DNA of 64,000 nucleotides. It comes from an uncultured Gammaproteobacteria bacterium (GTDB taxonomy: Bacteria; Myxococcota_A; UBA796; JAJRTE01). Shown one piece after another: positions 25,754 to 35,362 of the stretch. Position numbers and translations under genes: made by a program. How positions within the stretch are numbered: position 1 is the stretch's first letter; every line of letters starts with the position of its first letter. The notes beneath the pieces are model-generated. The model worked only from the letters and a program-made list of their open reading frames with translations, did not search any database and was not told where the DNA came from. The DNA lies in assembly GCA_964418585.1 (NCBI GenBank), contig CAYQMG010000072.1, forward strand, positions 19,121 through 83,120, given 5' to 3'.

Positions 25754-26536
25754 TCACCCGCGCGGGCGGGGAACCGACGAGGACTCCTGAAGCAGATCGT
25801 GCAACATGGGCGCAGACTTCAGGCGCACGCCCAGATGGTAACTCTCGAACGCGCCCAGCAACGCCCTGAGCTGCTGCAGCGACGCCCCCGGCAACCGCAA
25901 GGGTTCCAGCCCCCCCTCCAACGACTCCACGGCTCGAGACATCACCGTGCACAAGGTTTCCGAGACCTCGAGCCCCCCCTCCCCTCCGGGACACCGACCG
26001 CACACACAGCCGCCTCGAGTCACCACGAACCGGAACCGGCCGCCCTCCCTCACCGGCCGCCGGCAGACCACGCAGGCGTCCAGTTCAGGACGGTAGCCGG
26101 CCTCCATCAACAGGGCCAACTCCACCGTTCGCAAGGCGCCTTCGTCAGGGTCGGGCGCCCCCGAAAGGAACTTCATCGCGCTCAGAAGCGTGGCGAAAGC
26201 CGCCTCGTGGGCCTGCTCCTCCCCGAAGAGCTTTTCGACCATTTCAGAGAGGTAAGCAGCCCACGCAATTCTCAGCAGATCGGAACGGATGCCCATGTGC
26301 GCGTCCAGAAGTGTGGCGGACTCGAGATGATGGAGACCTCGCCCTGTGCGAAATGTGACCTCCACCAGGGTAAACAGGTCCAGGCGTCCACCGAATCGCT
26401 TGACGCTGCGGCGGATGCCTCGAGCAATGCCTGCAATCAGCCCATGATCCCGCGTGAACAGGGTCACGATCCGGTCCGCATCCCGATAGTTCACGTGCCG
26501 CAACACCAGGGCAGGACTGACGTTGATTTTCCCCAT
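25754..26536 (-). CDS. recO: DNA repair protein RecO
   Basis: MGKINVSPALVLRHVNYRDADRIVTLFTRDHGLIAGIARG... (OB-fold N-terminal domain) and a C-terminal Zn-finger CVVCRRPV...CVCGRCPG. ATG at 26536; the listed ORF opens earlier without support. Confidence 0.8.
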   Translation of the reverse strand: MGKINVSPALVLRHVNYRDADRIVTLFTRDHGLIAGIARGIRRSVKRFGGRLDLFTLVEVTFRTGRGLHHLESATLLDAHMGIRSDLLRIAWAAYLSEMVEKLFGEEQAHEAAFATLLSAMKFLSGAPDPDEGALRTVELALLMEAGYRPELDACVVCRRPVREGGRFRFVVTRGGCVCGRCPGGEGGLEVSETLCTVMSRAVESLEGGLEPLRLPGASLQQLRALLGAFESYHLGVRLKSAPMLHDLLQESSSVPRPRG

Positions 26537-26571
26537 GAATGCCCTTTCGAAGACAGCGCTCCGTCCCCGGC

Positions 26572-27981
26572 TCAGGAAAGGTGGGCGAGCACAAAGGTGG
26601 ACAGGGCGAAGAAAACGCTGATACCCAGCACGTCCACGATGGTGGAAACCAGGGGACCGGTGGCCATGTTTGGGTCGAGGTGCAACCGACGCAACACCAG
26701 GGGACTCAACGCCCCGAACAGCATGGCCAGCGTGATGGACAGGGCGGCGCTCCCTCCCACCGCCACGGCCATACCCGGCTGCGTGGGATAGCGCAAATGC
26801 ACGAACCCCACCAGGACCAGACCGCAAAGAAGCCCCAACGCCAGACCTACCCGAAGCTCTCGAAAGACGATCCGGGTCAACATCCTCGCTTCCACATGGT
26901 CCAGGGAAATTCCTCGAGCCACCAACGCCGCCGACTGGTTGCCGGCATTGCCGGACAGGCCCACGATCACGGGCATGAAGCCTGCCAGCATCACCGTGGC
27001 TTCCAGGGTCCCACGATAGGTCGCCACGATTTCAGACGCCAGCAATCCGGCGCCGAGCGTGACACCAATCCAGGGAATCCGCGTGCGCACCGACCGAAGC
27101 ATGGACCGGCTGACCATGTCGTCCTCGTCGGTCCCGGCCATTTTCAGGATGTCCTCGGTGGCTTCCTCCCGTATGACGTCCAGCACGTCATCCACGGTCA
27201 CGATGCCGACCAACTTGTTGAAATCGTCGACCACGGGAATGGCGACCAGGTCGTACTTGGCCACCATCTGCGCCACCTCCTCCTGGTCGGTGTAGACGTT
27301 GACGCTGAGCACCTCCGTGATCATGATGTCCTTCAACCGGGTTTCCGGCGGGTGCGTCAGGAGGGATCGCAACGAGAGCACACCCACGAGCTGGTCTGCG
27401 TCATTGACCACGTAGAGGTAGAAGGCCATGGCCAGGGAGTCGCTGTTCTGTTGCAACGCCGCGATGGCCTCCCCGATGGTCACGTCCTCCTTGAGCACGA
27501 AGAAATCGGTGCTCATCAAACCGCCGGCGGTGTCCTCATCGTAGCCGAGCAACTCCTCCACTTCCTCGGATACGTTCGATTCCAGCCGCTGGATGACCTC
27601 GGTGGCCACGGGGTCGGGCAGGTACCGGACCAACGTGGTGGCGTCCCCGGAAGGAAGGGACTCGAGAATCTTCACCAGATCGTCCCGCTCGATCCAGGTG
27701 AGAATCGTGGACAGGACGGGGGGCTCAACCTCGAGCAAGACCTTGGCGGCTCCGGCATGGTCCCAGGACACGAGGGCAGAGACCAGGTTGCGCGCCTCCC
27801 AGTCGTTCAGGTGGGGAAAAAGACTCGCGATCTCCACCGGGTGCCTCTTGCCGAGCAGCCGGTCGAGACTCCGACTCTCACCCCGACGGATGAGCTTGCG
27901 GACGGCCTCGAGCAAAAGTTGCTGCTTGTGCGTCAGGGCGTTGGTACCCACGTGTCCTCCCCGAGTTCGATTCGCCCTCAC
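26572..27981 (-). CDS. mgtE: Magnesium transporter MgtE
   Basis: N-terminal domain, tandem CBS domains and a C-terminal 5-TM MgtE channel domain, with a GNAGNQSAALV-type motif. The start is a GTG, so the precise start is uncertain. Confidence 0.8.
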   Translation of the reverse strand: MRANRTRGGHVGTNALTHKQQLLLEAVRKLIRRGESRSLDRLLGKRHPVEIASLFPHLNDWEARNLVSALVSWDHAGAAKVLLEVEPPVLSTILTWIERDDLVKILESLPSGDATTLVRYLPDPVATEVIQRLESNVSEEVEELLGYDEDTAGGLMSTDFFVLKEDVTIGEAIAALQQNSDSLAMAFYLYVVNDADQLVGVLSLRSLLTHPPETRLKDIMITEVLSVNVYTDQEEVAQMVAKYDLVAIPVVDDFNKLVGIVTVDDVLDVIREEATEDILKMAGTDEDDMVSRSMLRSVRTRIPWIGVTLGAGLLASEIVATYRGTLEATVMLAGFMPVIVGLSGNAGNQSAALVARGISLDHVEARMLTRIVFRELRVGLALGLLCGLVLVGFVHLRYPTQPGMAVAVGGSAALSITLAMLFGALSPLVLRRLHLDPNMATGPLVSTIVDVLGISVFFALSTFVLAHLS

Positions 27982-29075
27982 TCCTCGCCGGACACCCGAA
28001 AGGCCACCCCTGTCCGTTCACCAAATTTCCCGACAGGGGGCAACCGCTCGCCGTTGTAATAAATGTCCACACCACCGCCGTTTCCGACCACCATCCAAAG
28101 GTCTCCGGCATACTTGAACCGCGTACTCTTGTCCCCCGGTTGCAGGACATCCTCGAAGACCGGCTTGCCGTCAAGTGACTTGGAGACGCGGAGATAGCTC
28201 TTGTAGTGGGCCACCACCTCGACCAATTGCGGCTCCCCAGGCTCCAGGTCCTCGTCGGTGAACACCTGGTACGATTGCTCATCATCCCCAACGATGGGCG
28301 CGAGCCTCCGGATACGGCTGCTCCCCTGGGCATCACGGCCAGTTTCCGCCCCCTGCCCCGCTCTGCTCGAGCCACCGCGATCTCCGGCATCGATCTCCAC
28401 CCGGGATCCTCCGTCCGCAGACGCCGCCGCCCTGTCTATCCGGGAAGGTTCCGGCGTCCGGGCGGCCGCTTCGTCTCCGGGCGCGCTTCCGCCGTCCTCA
28501 TCGTCCCCCGGGGTGGTGGCAGACTCTGCAACATCGCTCGCGGGATCGGCGCCCTCCGGGCGCTCGGCCACGGCGGAGGAGAGGTCGAAGTCAAAGCCAA
28601 GCCAACCGCGCAGGGTGGGGCTGAGCCAGAGCACGATGCCCACGATGACGGCGGTGGCACCGACGGCCAGGCCCCAGGAGGTCCAGACTCCGGCCCTTCT
28701 TCCAACCGGGAGTTCCCGAATCTCAAGCGGCGGTCCTCGCCATTCCGGATCGTGCCGGACCGCAGGGTCCACCAGGGGCGGCGGCTCGAATTCCGGAATC
28801 ATGGGCGCTATCTCGTCCGGGTCCACGCCAAGTGCTCGAGCATAGCTGGTGATGAAGCCGTTCACGAACGGTCCACTGGGCAATGACTCGTAGTCGTCGG
28901 CTTCGATCGCCTCGAGGTAAGTCTTTTGAATCTTGGTTTGCCGGGCCAGGGCATCCAGGGACAGCCCGCGTGCTTCGCGGTGCGCCTTGAGGAAGGCCCC
29001 CACCCGTTTTTCGGGCGCCGGTGGTCTGGGAGCGGTGTTCTCGGTGTTGGTCTCGTGTTCAGTCTTCATCGTCAC
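27978..29075 (-). CDS. rodZ: RodZ-like cytoskeleton protein (XRE-type HTH, single TM, DUF4115 C-terminal domain)
   Basis: N-terminal HTH (VGAFLKAHREARGLSLDALARQTKIQKTYLEAIE). One TM segment. Acidic low-complexity linker. Conserved C-terminal beta domain (...KSTRFKYAGDLWMVVGNGGGVDIYYNGERL). 4-nt overlap with mgtE. Confidence 0.65.
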   Translation of the reverse strand: MTMKTEHETNTENTAPRPPAPEKRVGAFLKAHREARGLSLDALARQTKIQKTYLEAIEADDYESLPSGPFVNGFITSYARALGVDPDEIAPMIPEFEPPPLVDPAVRHDPEWRGPPLEIRELPVGRRAGVWTSWGLAVGATAVIVGIVLWLSPTLRGWLGFDFDLSSAVAERPEGADPASDVAESATTPGDDEDGGSAPGDEAAARTPEPSRIDRAAASADGGSRVEIDAGDRGGSSRAGQGAETGRDAQGSSRIRRLAPIVGDDEQSYQVFTDEDLEPGEPQLVEVVAHYKSYLRVSKSLDGKPVFEDVLQPGDKSTRFKYAGDLWMVVGNGGGVDIYYNGERLPPVGKFGERTGVAFRVSGEE

Positions 29076-29102
29076 TACCTGGCACGGTCCGGGGACCTCC
29101 GC

Positions 29103-29846
29103 CTACTGGAGGGCCTCGAGTTCCTTGCGGGCCGCAGCGCCCATCTCACCGTTGGGATCGGCTCGCACGATCCACTCGAAGTTCTCCATGGCCTCGCCTG
29201 GACGATTCAGTCGCACCTGAAGGGATGCGAGGGTCAGTCGGTACCGGAGGTCGTCCGGGCAAAGGGAAACAGCCTCCTCGAGGTGTCTTGCGGCGTCCTC
29301 GAGCGCGGATTGGGCCTCATAGACCAGGGAGAGGTTGTAGTGGGCCTGGCAGAAGCGCGGAGCAATTCGCAATGCCTGCTTGAGCGCGCCGACGGCCTCG
29401 TCGTACCGTTCGAGTCGGTAATAGACATAGCCCATGTTGTTGTATGCGCGTGCCGGGCTGCGGTACCGGTAGTCGTCGATGACCTGCTGGAGATAGGTCA
29501 GTGCGTCCTCGTACCGGCCGGTGGCGATGTAGAGGGAGGCGAGGTTGAGTCGGGCCTCGGTCAGATCCGGGTTGAGCCGAATGGCGGCGAGCAATTCTTT
29601 TTCGGCAGGTTCGGGGAGTTCCTTGGCGAAAAAGGCCATGCCCAGGGCGTGCCGGATGTCGGCGTCCCGAGGGTTGAGTTCCTTGGCATGCTCGAGTTCC
29701 CGCAAGGCGTCCTCGGTCGAGCCTTCGTTGAGGTAGCTGACGCCGAGTTCACACAGGGCGTCAGCCTGGCGTGCCTCCTCGACCGTGACGCAGGCGGAGG
29801 CGAGCAAGCCCACGAGCAATCCCATCACGAATCCACTGCGCGACAT
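29103..29846 (-). CDS. TPR-repeat protein, likely exported or lipoprotein
   Basis: Signal-peptide-like N-terminus (MSRSGFVMGLLVGLLASAC) followed by multiple TPR units. ATG at 29846 with GGGAGTAGGGA RBS. Confidence 0.65.
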   Translation of the reverse strand: MSRSGFVMGLLVGLLASACVTVEEARQADALCELGVSYLNEGSTEDALRELEHAKELNPRDADIRHALGMAFFAKELPEPAEKELLAAIRLNPDLTEARLNLASLYIATGRYEDALTYLQQVIDDYRYRSPARAYNNMGYVYYRLERYDEAVGALKQALRIAPRFCQAHYNLSLVYEAQSALEDAARHLEEAVSLCPDDLRYRLTLASLQVRLNRPGEAMENFEWIVRADPNGEMGAAARKELEALQ

Positions 29847-29898
29847 GATCCCTACTCCCATGTCACAACACCATCGACCACCGGGCAGCCGCGTGCCG

Positions 29899-30795
29899 TC
29901 AATCGTTGTCCGGCAGATACCGCCCGACGAGCAAAGCGTACTTCTCCCGGATCCGGGGAGGAATCAAGGAGGGGTCCGTGATGACAGCGTGCCTGAGTGC
30001 GCCATGGGCCGGTGATGCGCCACGCTCGGCGGGGATCCTGGGCACGGCGTGGGTGATGATCTGTCTGGCCTTGGACACGTTCTCCCGCAATGTATTCACC
30101 ACCGCCTCCACGGACACGGCCTCCTCGGTTTCGTGCCAGCAATCATAGTCGGTGGCGAGGGCGAGCGTGGCGTAAGAGATTTCCGCCTCCCGCGCCAACT
30201 TGGCTTCGGGCATGTTGGTCATGCCGATCACGTCCACCCCCCAGCTACGATAGACAAGGGATTCTCCTCGAGTGGAGAACTGCGGCCCCTCGATACAAAT
30301 GTAGGTGCCTCCCCGGTGAACCGGAATCCCCAGAGAAATCCCGGTCTCGTAGAGGATGTCGGCCAGGAGCGGGCAGACGGGGTCTGCCATCGACACGTGC
30401 ACGACCAGCCCGTCACCGAAAAACGAGGTCTCCCGCCGATAGGTGCGGTCGATGAACTGGTCCACCACCACCACGTCTCCTGGGTGGATGTCCTCCTTCA
30501 TGCTGCCCACGGCACTTACCGAAATGAGGTGGGTGACGCCCAGGTATTTCATTCCGTAGATGTTGGCCCGGTAGTTCACCTCCGAGGGAGCGAACCGGTG
30601 GCCGCGACCGTGGCGGGGGAGGAAGACCATTTTGACCCCTCCCAGTTCCCCGATCAGATACTCGTCGGAAGGATCCCCAAAAGGCGTGGTGACCTTCTGC
30701 GTTCGCAGGTTCTCGAGGCCATCCAACGTGTACAGTCCACTGCCGCCAATCACGCCGATCGTGGGGGATTCCACGATTCTCGCTCCTTCTTGCAT
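29899..30795 (-). CDS. mtnP: S-methyl-5'-thioadenosine phosphorylase
   Basis: IGVIGGSGLY...GVKMVFLPRHGRGHRF...HLISVSAVGS...: MTAP/PNP-family signatures. ATG at 30795 with GGGAGG RBS. Confidence 0.8.
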   Translation of the reverse strand: MQEGARIVESPTIGVIGGSGLYTLDGLENLRTQKVTTPFGDPSDEYLIGELGGVKMVFLPRHGRGHRFAPSEVNYRANIYGMKYLGVTHLISVSAVGSMKEDIHPGDVVVVDQFIDRTYRRETSFFGDGLVVHVSMADPVCPLLADILYETGISLGIPVHRGGTYICIEGPQFSTRGESLVYRSWGVDVIGMTNMPEAKLAREAEISYATLALATDYDCWHETEEAVSVEAVVNTLRENVSKARQIITHAVPRIPAERGASPAHGALRHAVITDPSLIPPRIREKYALLVGRYLPDND

Positions 30796-30830
30796 CGATT
30801 CCTCCCGTTGCACCGAGAACTTTCAGGCCA

Positions 30831-31610
30831 TCACGCCCGGGCGCCCCGGGCAAATACCTCGCGAAACGCATGAGTGGCGACAAGGAAGCCCAGGGGGCCG
30901 CCGACCAGTATTCCCAGACCGAACGCGAGCCCGCCGGCGACAAACCACATCCCGATCGCCACAAACAATCCGCCAAATCCGACCCAGTCGGACCGAAACG
31001 AACGGGCCAGGACATCCCACGCGCCCTGAATCGACTCCTTCCGCTCGTCTATCTGGGCGAGGATGAAACACCAGGCCCCCCCCAGCCCGGCCGCCACCAT
31101 CATCGCACCTACGTGTACCGCGAGGGTCAACAGCCAGCCGAGGCCCGGTACGGCGTCCACCACCGCGGCGATACCTGCGTCACAGGCTACCACCAACACC
31201 AGCGCAGCCAGGTAGCCCACCCCGGCAAGGAACGTGGGGACGAAACGATCTTTCTCAAACGCAGAAAACAGCTCGGACAGTTCCGCCTGCTCCCCGTTCA
31301 TGCGTCGACGCGCGAATCGCAACGTTCCGGCTCCCACAGGTCCGACCAGGAGCCCACAACTCACCGCCGTGAGCACCAGCGCCAGGCCTTGCACGGCCAC
31401 GAACTCCTTCAACGCCGGCTGGAGAACCGCCCACGCTGCCTTGACCCAACCTTTTAGACGCGCCAGGGACAGGTCGCACGCCATGGGTGTCCGCTCGGTT
31501 TCGTCCACCGGGCTACACTCCGCAACCGCACTCGAGTACCCCTCCCCGGACGCGCCGTCCCCCGCCCCGGTCCCCGGGTGCTCGTGATCGTCCGGAACGA
31601 ACACCGGCAT
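30831..31610 (-). CDS. Hypothetical polytopic membrane protein with acidic/Gly-rich N-terminus
   Basis: 4-5 predicted TM helices after a low-complexity N-terminal region. No recognisable family. The start is uncertain; ATG 31610 (GGAGGG upstream) was chosen. Confidence 0.35.
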   Translation of the reverse strand: MPVFVPDDHEHPGTGAGDGASGEGYSSAVAECSPVDETERTPMACDLSLARLKGWVKAAWAVLQPALKEFVAVQGLALVLTAVSCGLLVGPVGAGTLRFARRRMNGEQAELSELFSAFEKDRFVPTFLAGVGYLAALVLVVACDAGIAAVVDAVPGLGWLLTLAVHVGAMMVAAGLGGAWCFILAQIDERKESIQGAWDVLARSFRSDWVGFGGLFVAIGMWFVAGGLAFGLGILVGGPLGFLVATHAFREVFARGARA

Positions 31611-31846
31611 CTCGGTGTAACCCTCCGGCGGAATCGTTCCGTTGCCGTTCCGTTCCCCGTTGCTTGCCCCTGCCACGGTGCCTCCGCTCTCCTCGTGACC
31701 AGGCTCGTCCCTGCCGGAGTCCACCCCGGCACCCAACCCTGGACATTATTCCAGCCCCGGTTTCCTGTCAACCACTCCCGGTCCGGACAATGCCAAAATG
31801 CTCTCCCACCGGAACACCGCCTGTCACAGCCTGGTCACCCCCCTCG

Positions 31847-32959
31847 TCAGACCGAGGCACGCCCTCCAACAAGCTCGGCTCGCCCAAGCTGGCCACAAGC
31901 TGCTCCAATGTCCCGCCCACGACTCCACCGCACCGCCGCGTGAATCCGCCGCTTGACCAGGTAGTCCTGAAACGCTTTCACCGTGTCGAAGGAGGGAGTT
32001 CGGTACTCCGACCCGGGCGCCTCGTTGTAAGGAATCAGGTTCACCTTCGCCTTCACCCCCCGCAGCAGACGCACCAGACGGGCAGCGTCCGCTTCCGTGT
32101 CGTTCACCCCGGCCAACAACACGTACTCAAACGTGATCTTCTTCCGCTGGCCCACCGGGTACCGCCGGCACGCTTCCACCACTGCCTCGAGTGAATACTT
32201 GCGCGACACCGGCATCAGCGCTCGCCGGGTCTCCTCGGTGGTGGCGTTCAACGACACCGCAAGGTTGACCGGCAACTCCCGACCCAGCCGCTCCATGCCA
32301 GGCACAATACCGGCCGTGGACACCGTAATTCGACGATGGGAGAGGTTGAACCCGTGCTCGCGGAGCAGGATACGAAGGGCCGGGACCAATCCGTCCATGT
32401 TCATCAACGGTTCGCCCATTCCCATGACCACCACGTTGGACACTCGCCGCCCCTCATCGAGAAGACGTTCAACCGCCTGGATCTGCCCCACGATCTCGGC
32501 CACGGTGAGGTTGCGGGAAAAGCCACTCTGCCCGGTCACGCAGAACTTGCACCCGAGGGGACAGCCCACCTGAGAGGAGACGCACACGGTGGTCCGCTCT
32601 TCCTCCGGAATCAGGACCGATTCGATACGAAGCCCGTCCACCAGCTCGAACACCAGTTTCCGGCTCCCATCCGAAGAGTCGACCACACGACTCGGTTCCA
32701 TGCGGCTGACACAGGCCACTCGCGCCAGTTCCCGCCGCGCCTCCCGGGAAAGATTGGTCATTTCGTCGAACGATGTGACATCCTTCTGAAACACCCATTT
32801 GAATAGCTGGACAGCACGAAACCGCTGCCAGCCCAGTTCCGCCACGAATCGGACCATGCCATCCAGGTCCAGACCTTTCAGGTCCACCCGATCTGGACAC
32901 GCCCCGGGCAGCCCCACCCGTTCTCCATCCCCTCGAGCATGCAGGGTCCCCTCATTCAT
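31847..32959 (-). CDS. rlmN: 23S rRNA/tRNA (adenine-C2)-methyltransferase RlmN (radical SAM)
   Basis: CVSSQVGCPLGCKFCVTGQ radical-SAM motif. GMGEPLMN. C-terminal ...GAACGQL. ATG at 32959 with AGGAGTG RBS. Confidence 0.85.
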   Translation of the reverse strand: MNEGTLHARGDGERVGLPGACPDRVDLKGLDLDGMVRFVAELGWQRFRAVQLFKWVFQKDVTSFDEMTNLSREARRELARVACVSRMEPSRVVDSSDGSRKLVFELVDGLRIESVLIPEEERTTVCVSSQVGCPLGCKFCVTGQSGFSRNLTVAEIVGQIQAVERLLDEGRRVSNVVVMGMGEPLMNMDGLVPALRILLREHGFNLSHRRITVSTAGIVPGMERLGRELPVNLAVSLNATTEETRRALMPVSRKYSLEAVVEACRRYPVGQRKKITFEYVLLAGVNDTEADAARLVRLLRGVKAKVNLIPYNEAPGSEYRTPSFDTVKAFQDYLVKRRIHAAVRWSRGRDIGAACGQLGRAELVGGRASV

Positions 32960-32996
32960 GGTCAGCACACTCCTCTTCACCGACTGTACCCCCCGG

Positions 32997-35333
32997 TCAC
33001 CGCTTCCCAACCCGCCCAACCACACCTGGATAACCACCAGGTCGGCCGACGCGCGCCTGCAACCGCCGGGGAAGCAGATCGATCCGGTCTTCTCGAGCCT
33101 CCCGCGCCAGGGCACGGGCCAGCGCCCTCCGGTCCCCCACCAGGACCACCAGGGCACGCGCACGGGTGACTGCGGTATAGATGAGTTCCCGTCGCAGCAG
33201 GCCGTGCTGGTCTCCCACCACCGGCATGACCACCGCCCGGGCTTCACTCCCTTGCGCCTTGTGCACGGTGACTGCATAGGCCAGTTCCAGGTCTCTCGCG
33301 TCACGACGAGACAGAGTCACCCTGCGCCCACCGAAATCGACCCGGAGCCATCGAGGAGTGACCTCGAGGATGCGGCCCACGTCGCCGTTGAACAGTTCGA
33401 GATCGTAGTTGTTTCGACTTTGCAATACCTTGTCGCCGTTCGAAAACCGCCCCAGGCGCGCACTGTCCGGTCGAACTCCGGGGTTGAGCCGTGCCTGGAG
33501 TGCAGAATTCAAGGCGTCCACCCCGGCGGGTCCCCGGTAGGTGGGGGAAAGCACCAGGATGTCGGTCATGGGGTCCAGCCCGTACCGCCGGGGCAAGCGC
33601 TCGACCACGATCTCCACCACCAGACGGGCGGCCTGTTCCTCGTCCTGAGCAGGTAAAAAGAAAAAGTCGGCGCCTTCGGCTTCCCGCCCCCGGGCCAAAA
33701 TGGGCATGCGTCCGGTCATGATACGACGAGCGTTGAACGGAATCATGGATCCTGCGGCCTGGCGGAAAACCCGGTCCAGGGACACGACCCGAAACAGACC
33801 GGAAGCCACGATGGACGCCAGGATCCGGCCCGGTCCCACCGGGGGGAGCTGGTCGGCGTCGCCCACGAGGACCAGGGTGGTGTCGGACCGCAAGGCGTCC
33901 AGGATGGCGGCGAAGAGAAACAGGTCGATCATGGAGGCTTCATCCACCAGGAGGATGTCGGCATCGAGCGGCTTGTGCCTGTTGCGACCGAATCGGCCCG
34001 AAACCGGCTGGACTTCCAGCCACCGGTGCACCGTGCGGGCTTCCTGGCCGGTGGCCTCGCGAAGCCTCTGGGCAGCCCGACCCGTGGGCGCGGCGAGGAT
34101 CATCCGGATGCCCGCCTGGTGGGCCAGCGCCACCATGGCCCTGACAATGGTGGTCTTGCCCGTGCCAGGACCACCGGTGACCACGACCAACGGTGCGGCC
34201 ATCACGGCCTTGACAGCCTCACGCTGCCGCCCCTCGAGAACCAGACCCAGGACCGACTCGATCCGCGCCAGGTCCACGTCCGCCCGCCATGGTATCCCCT
34301 GGTCCTGCCGGTCGACACGGGCAACCAGACCTTCGACGACCCGCGACTCCGCTGCGTACAAGGATTCCAGATACGCGACCCGCTGCTTCTCTACGCCTTC
34401 CCCCACCTCTTCGATCCGAATGCGTCCACGGTCGGCGAGACGCACCTGGGCACGCAGCACGTCCGCGGGCAGAACCCCGAGGGCCTGGGCCCGGGGCATG
34501 ATCTCCTCGAGAGGAACGCACACGTGACCGGCCTCCACGGCCTGCTCGAGCACGTGGATCACCGCTTCGCAGGCTCGAGCCACCGGGTCCGGAGCGGGGG
34601 AGATCGCGCGGGCGATACGGTCGGCGCGATGAAACCCGATACCAGGTACCTCCCGCGCCAGACGATAGGGAGCATCGACAACCATGGCCACCGTGTTCCG
34701 CCCGTGGTGGAGCACGATCCGGTCCACCAGGTCGGGGCCGAGGCCCAATCCAAGCAGGAACAGCCGGGCCTCCCGCTCCAGGCAATCCCGGTGCCACGCC
34801 TCGAGGATCCTCCGGGCTCGAGCCTCTCCCACGCCGGGAACTCGAGCCAATCGCCGGCTCTCTCCGCGGTCGAGCACGTCCCAAAGGGCCGGACCCAGGG
34901 CTTCCACCAACCGGCGGGCGATGCCAGCCCCCACGCCCGACACCCACGACGAGGCCAGGTAACGCTCCAGCACCTCCGGCGTCTCCGGGAAGGGGATGGC
35001 GAACGCGAGGGCCTCGAACCATTGCTCGCCCCGACGCCCCTTCACCCACCGACCGGGAATTCGTACACGGTCTCCCACCTGAACCGGGCCGGGGTCACCC
35101 TTCACCCGGCAGCGTTTCCCGGAGCACGCCATCTCCAGGTGCACCGGACCGCCACCAGCGCGCCCTCCTCCTCTCGGCACCCCGACCACCACTCCGGAAA
35201 GCACCTCGAGCCGCCCGGGCGAGCCACGACCGGTCCCGCCGGACGCTCCTGCCCGTTCACGCCCGTCCAGCAAATCCAGTTGTACGCCGACGCGCTGTTC
35301 CGATGGCCTGTCCGTGGTGCGATGGGAGGTCAC
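32997..35333 (-). CDS. recD2: RecD2-type SF1 helicase (ATP-dependent RecD-like DNA helicase)
   Basis: N-terminal OB/SH3-like domain, HhH region, Walker A (VVVTGGPGTGKTT), helicase motifs through motif VI, and a C-terminal SH3-like domain. The GTG start at 35333 was chosen because the N-terminal domain begins before the first ATG. Confidence 0.75.
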   Translation of the reverse strand: MTSHRTTDRPSEQRVGVQLDLLDGRERAGASGGTGRGSPGRLEVLSGVVVGVPRGGGRAGGGPVHLEMACSGKRCRVKGDPGPVQVGDRVRIPGRWVKGRRGEQWFEALAFAIPFPETPEVLERYLASSWVSGVGAGIARRLVEALGPALWDVLDRGESRRLARVPGVGEARARRILEAWHRDCLEREARLFLLGLGLGPDLVDRIVLHHGRNTVAMVVDAPYRLAREVPGIGFHRADRIARAISPAPDPVARACEAVIHVLEQAVEAGHVCVPLEEIMPRAQALGVLPADVLRAQVRLADRGRIRIEEVGEGVEKQRVAYLESLYAAESRVVEGLVARVDRQDQGIPWRADVDLARIESVLGLVLEGRQREAVKAVMAAPLVVVTGGPGTGKTTIVRAMVALAHQAGIRMILAAPTGRAAQRLREATGQEARTVHRWLEVQPVSGRFGRNRHKPLDADILLVDEASMIDLFLFAAILDALRSDTTLVLVGDADQLPPVGPGRILASIVASGLFRVVSLDRVFRQAAGSMIPFNARRIMTGRMPILARGREAEGADFFFLPAQDEEQAARLVVEIVVERLPRRYGLDPMTDILVLSPTYRGPAGVDALNSALQARLNPGVRPDSARLGRFSNGDKVLQSRNNYDLELFNGDVGRILEVTPRWLRVDFGGRRVTLSRRDARDLELAYAVTVHKAQGSEARAVVMPVVGDQHGLLRRELIYTAVTRARALVVLVGDRRALARALAREAREDRIDLLPRRLQARVGRPGGYPGVVGRVGKR

Positions 35334-35362
35334 AAACCGCCTCGAGCGTCGGCCCGCCTTTG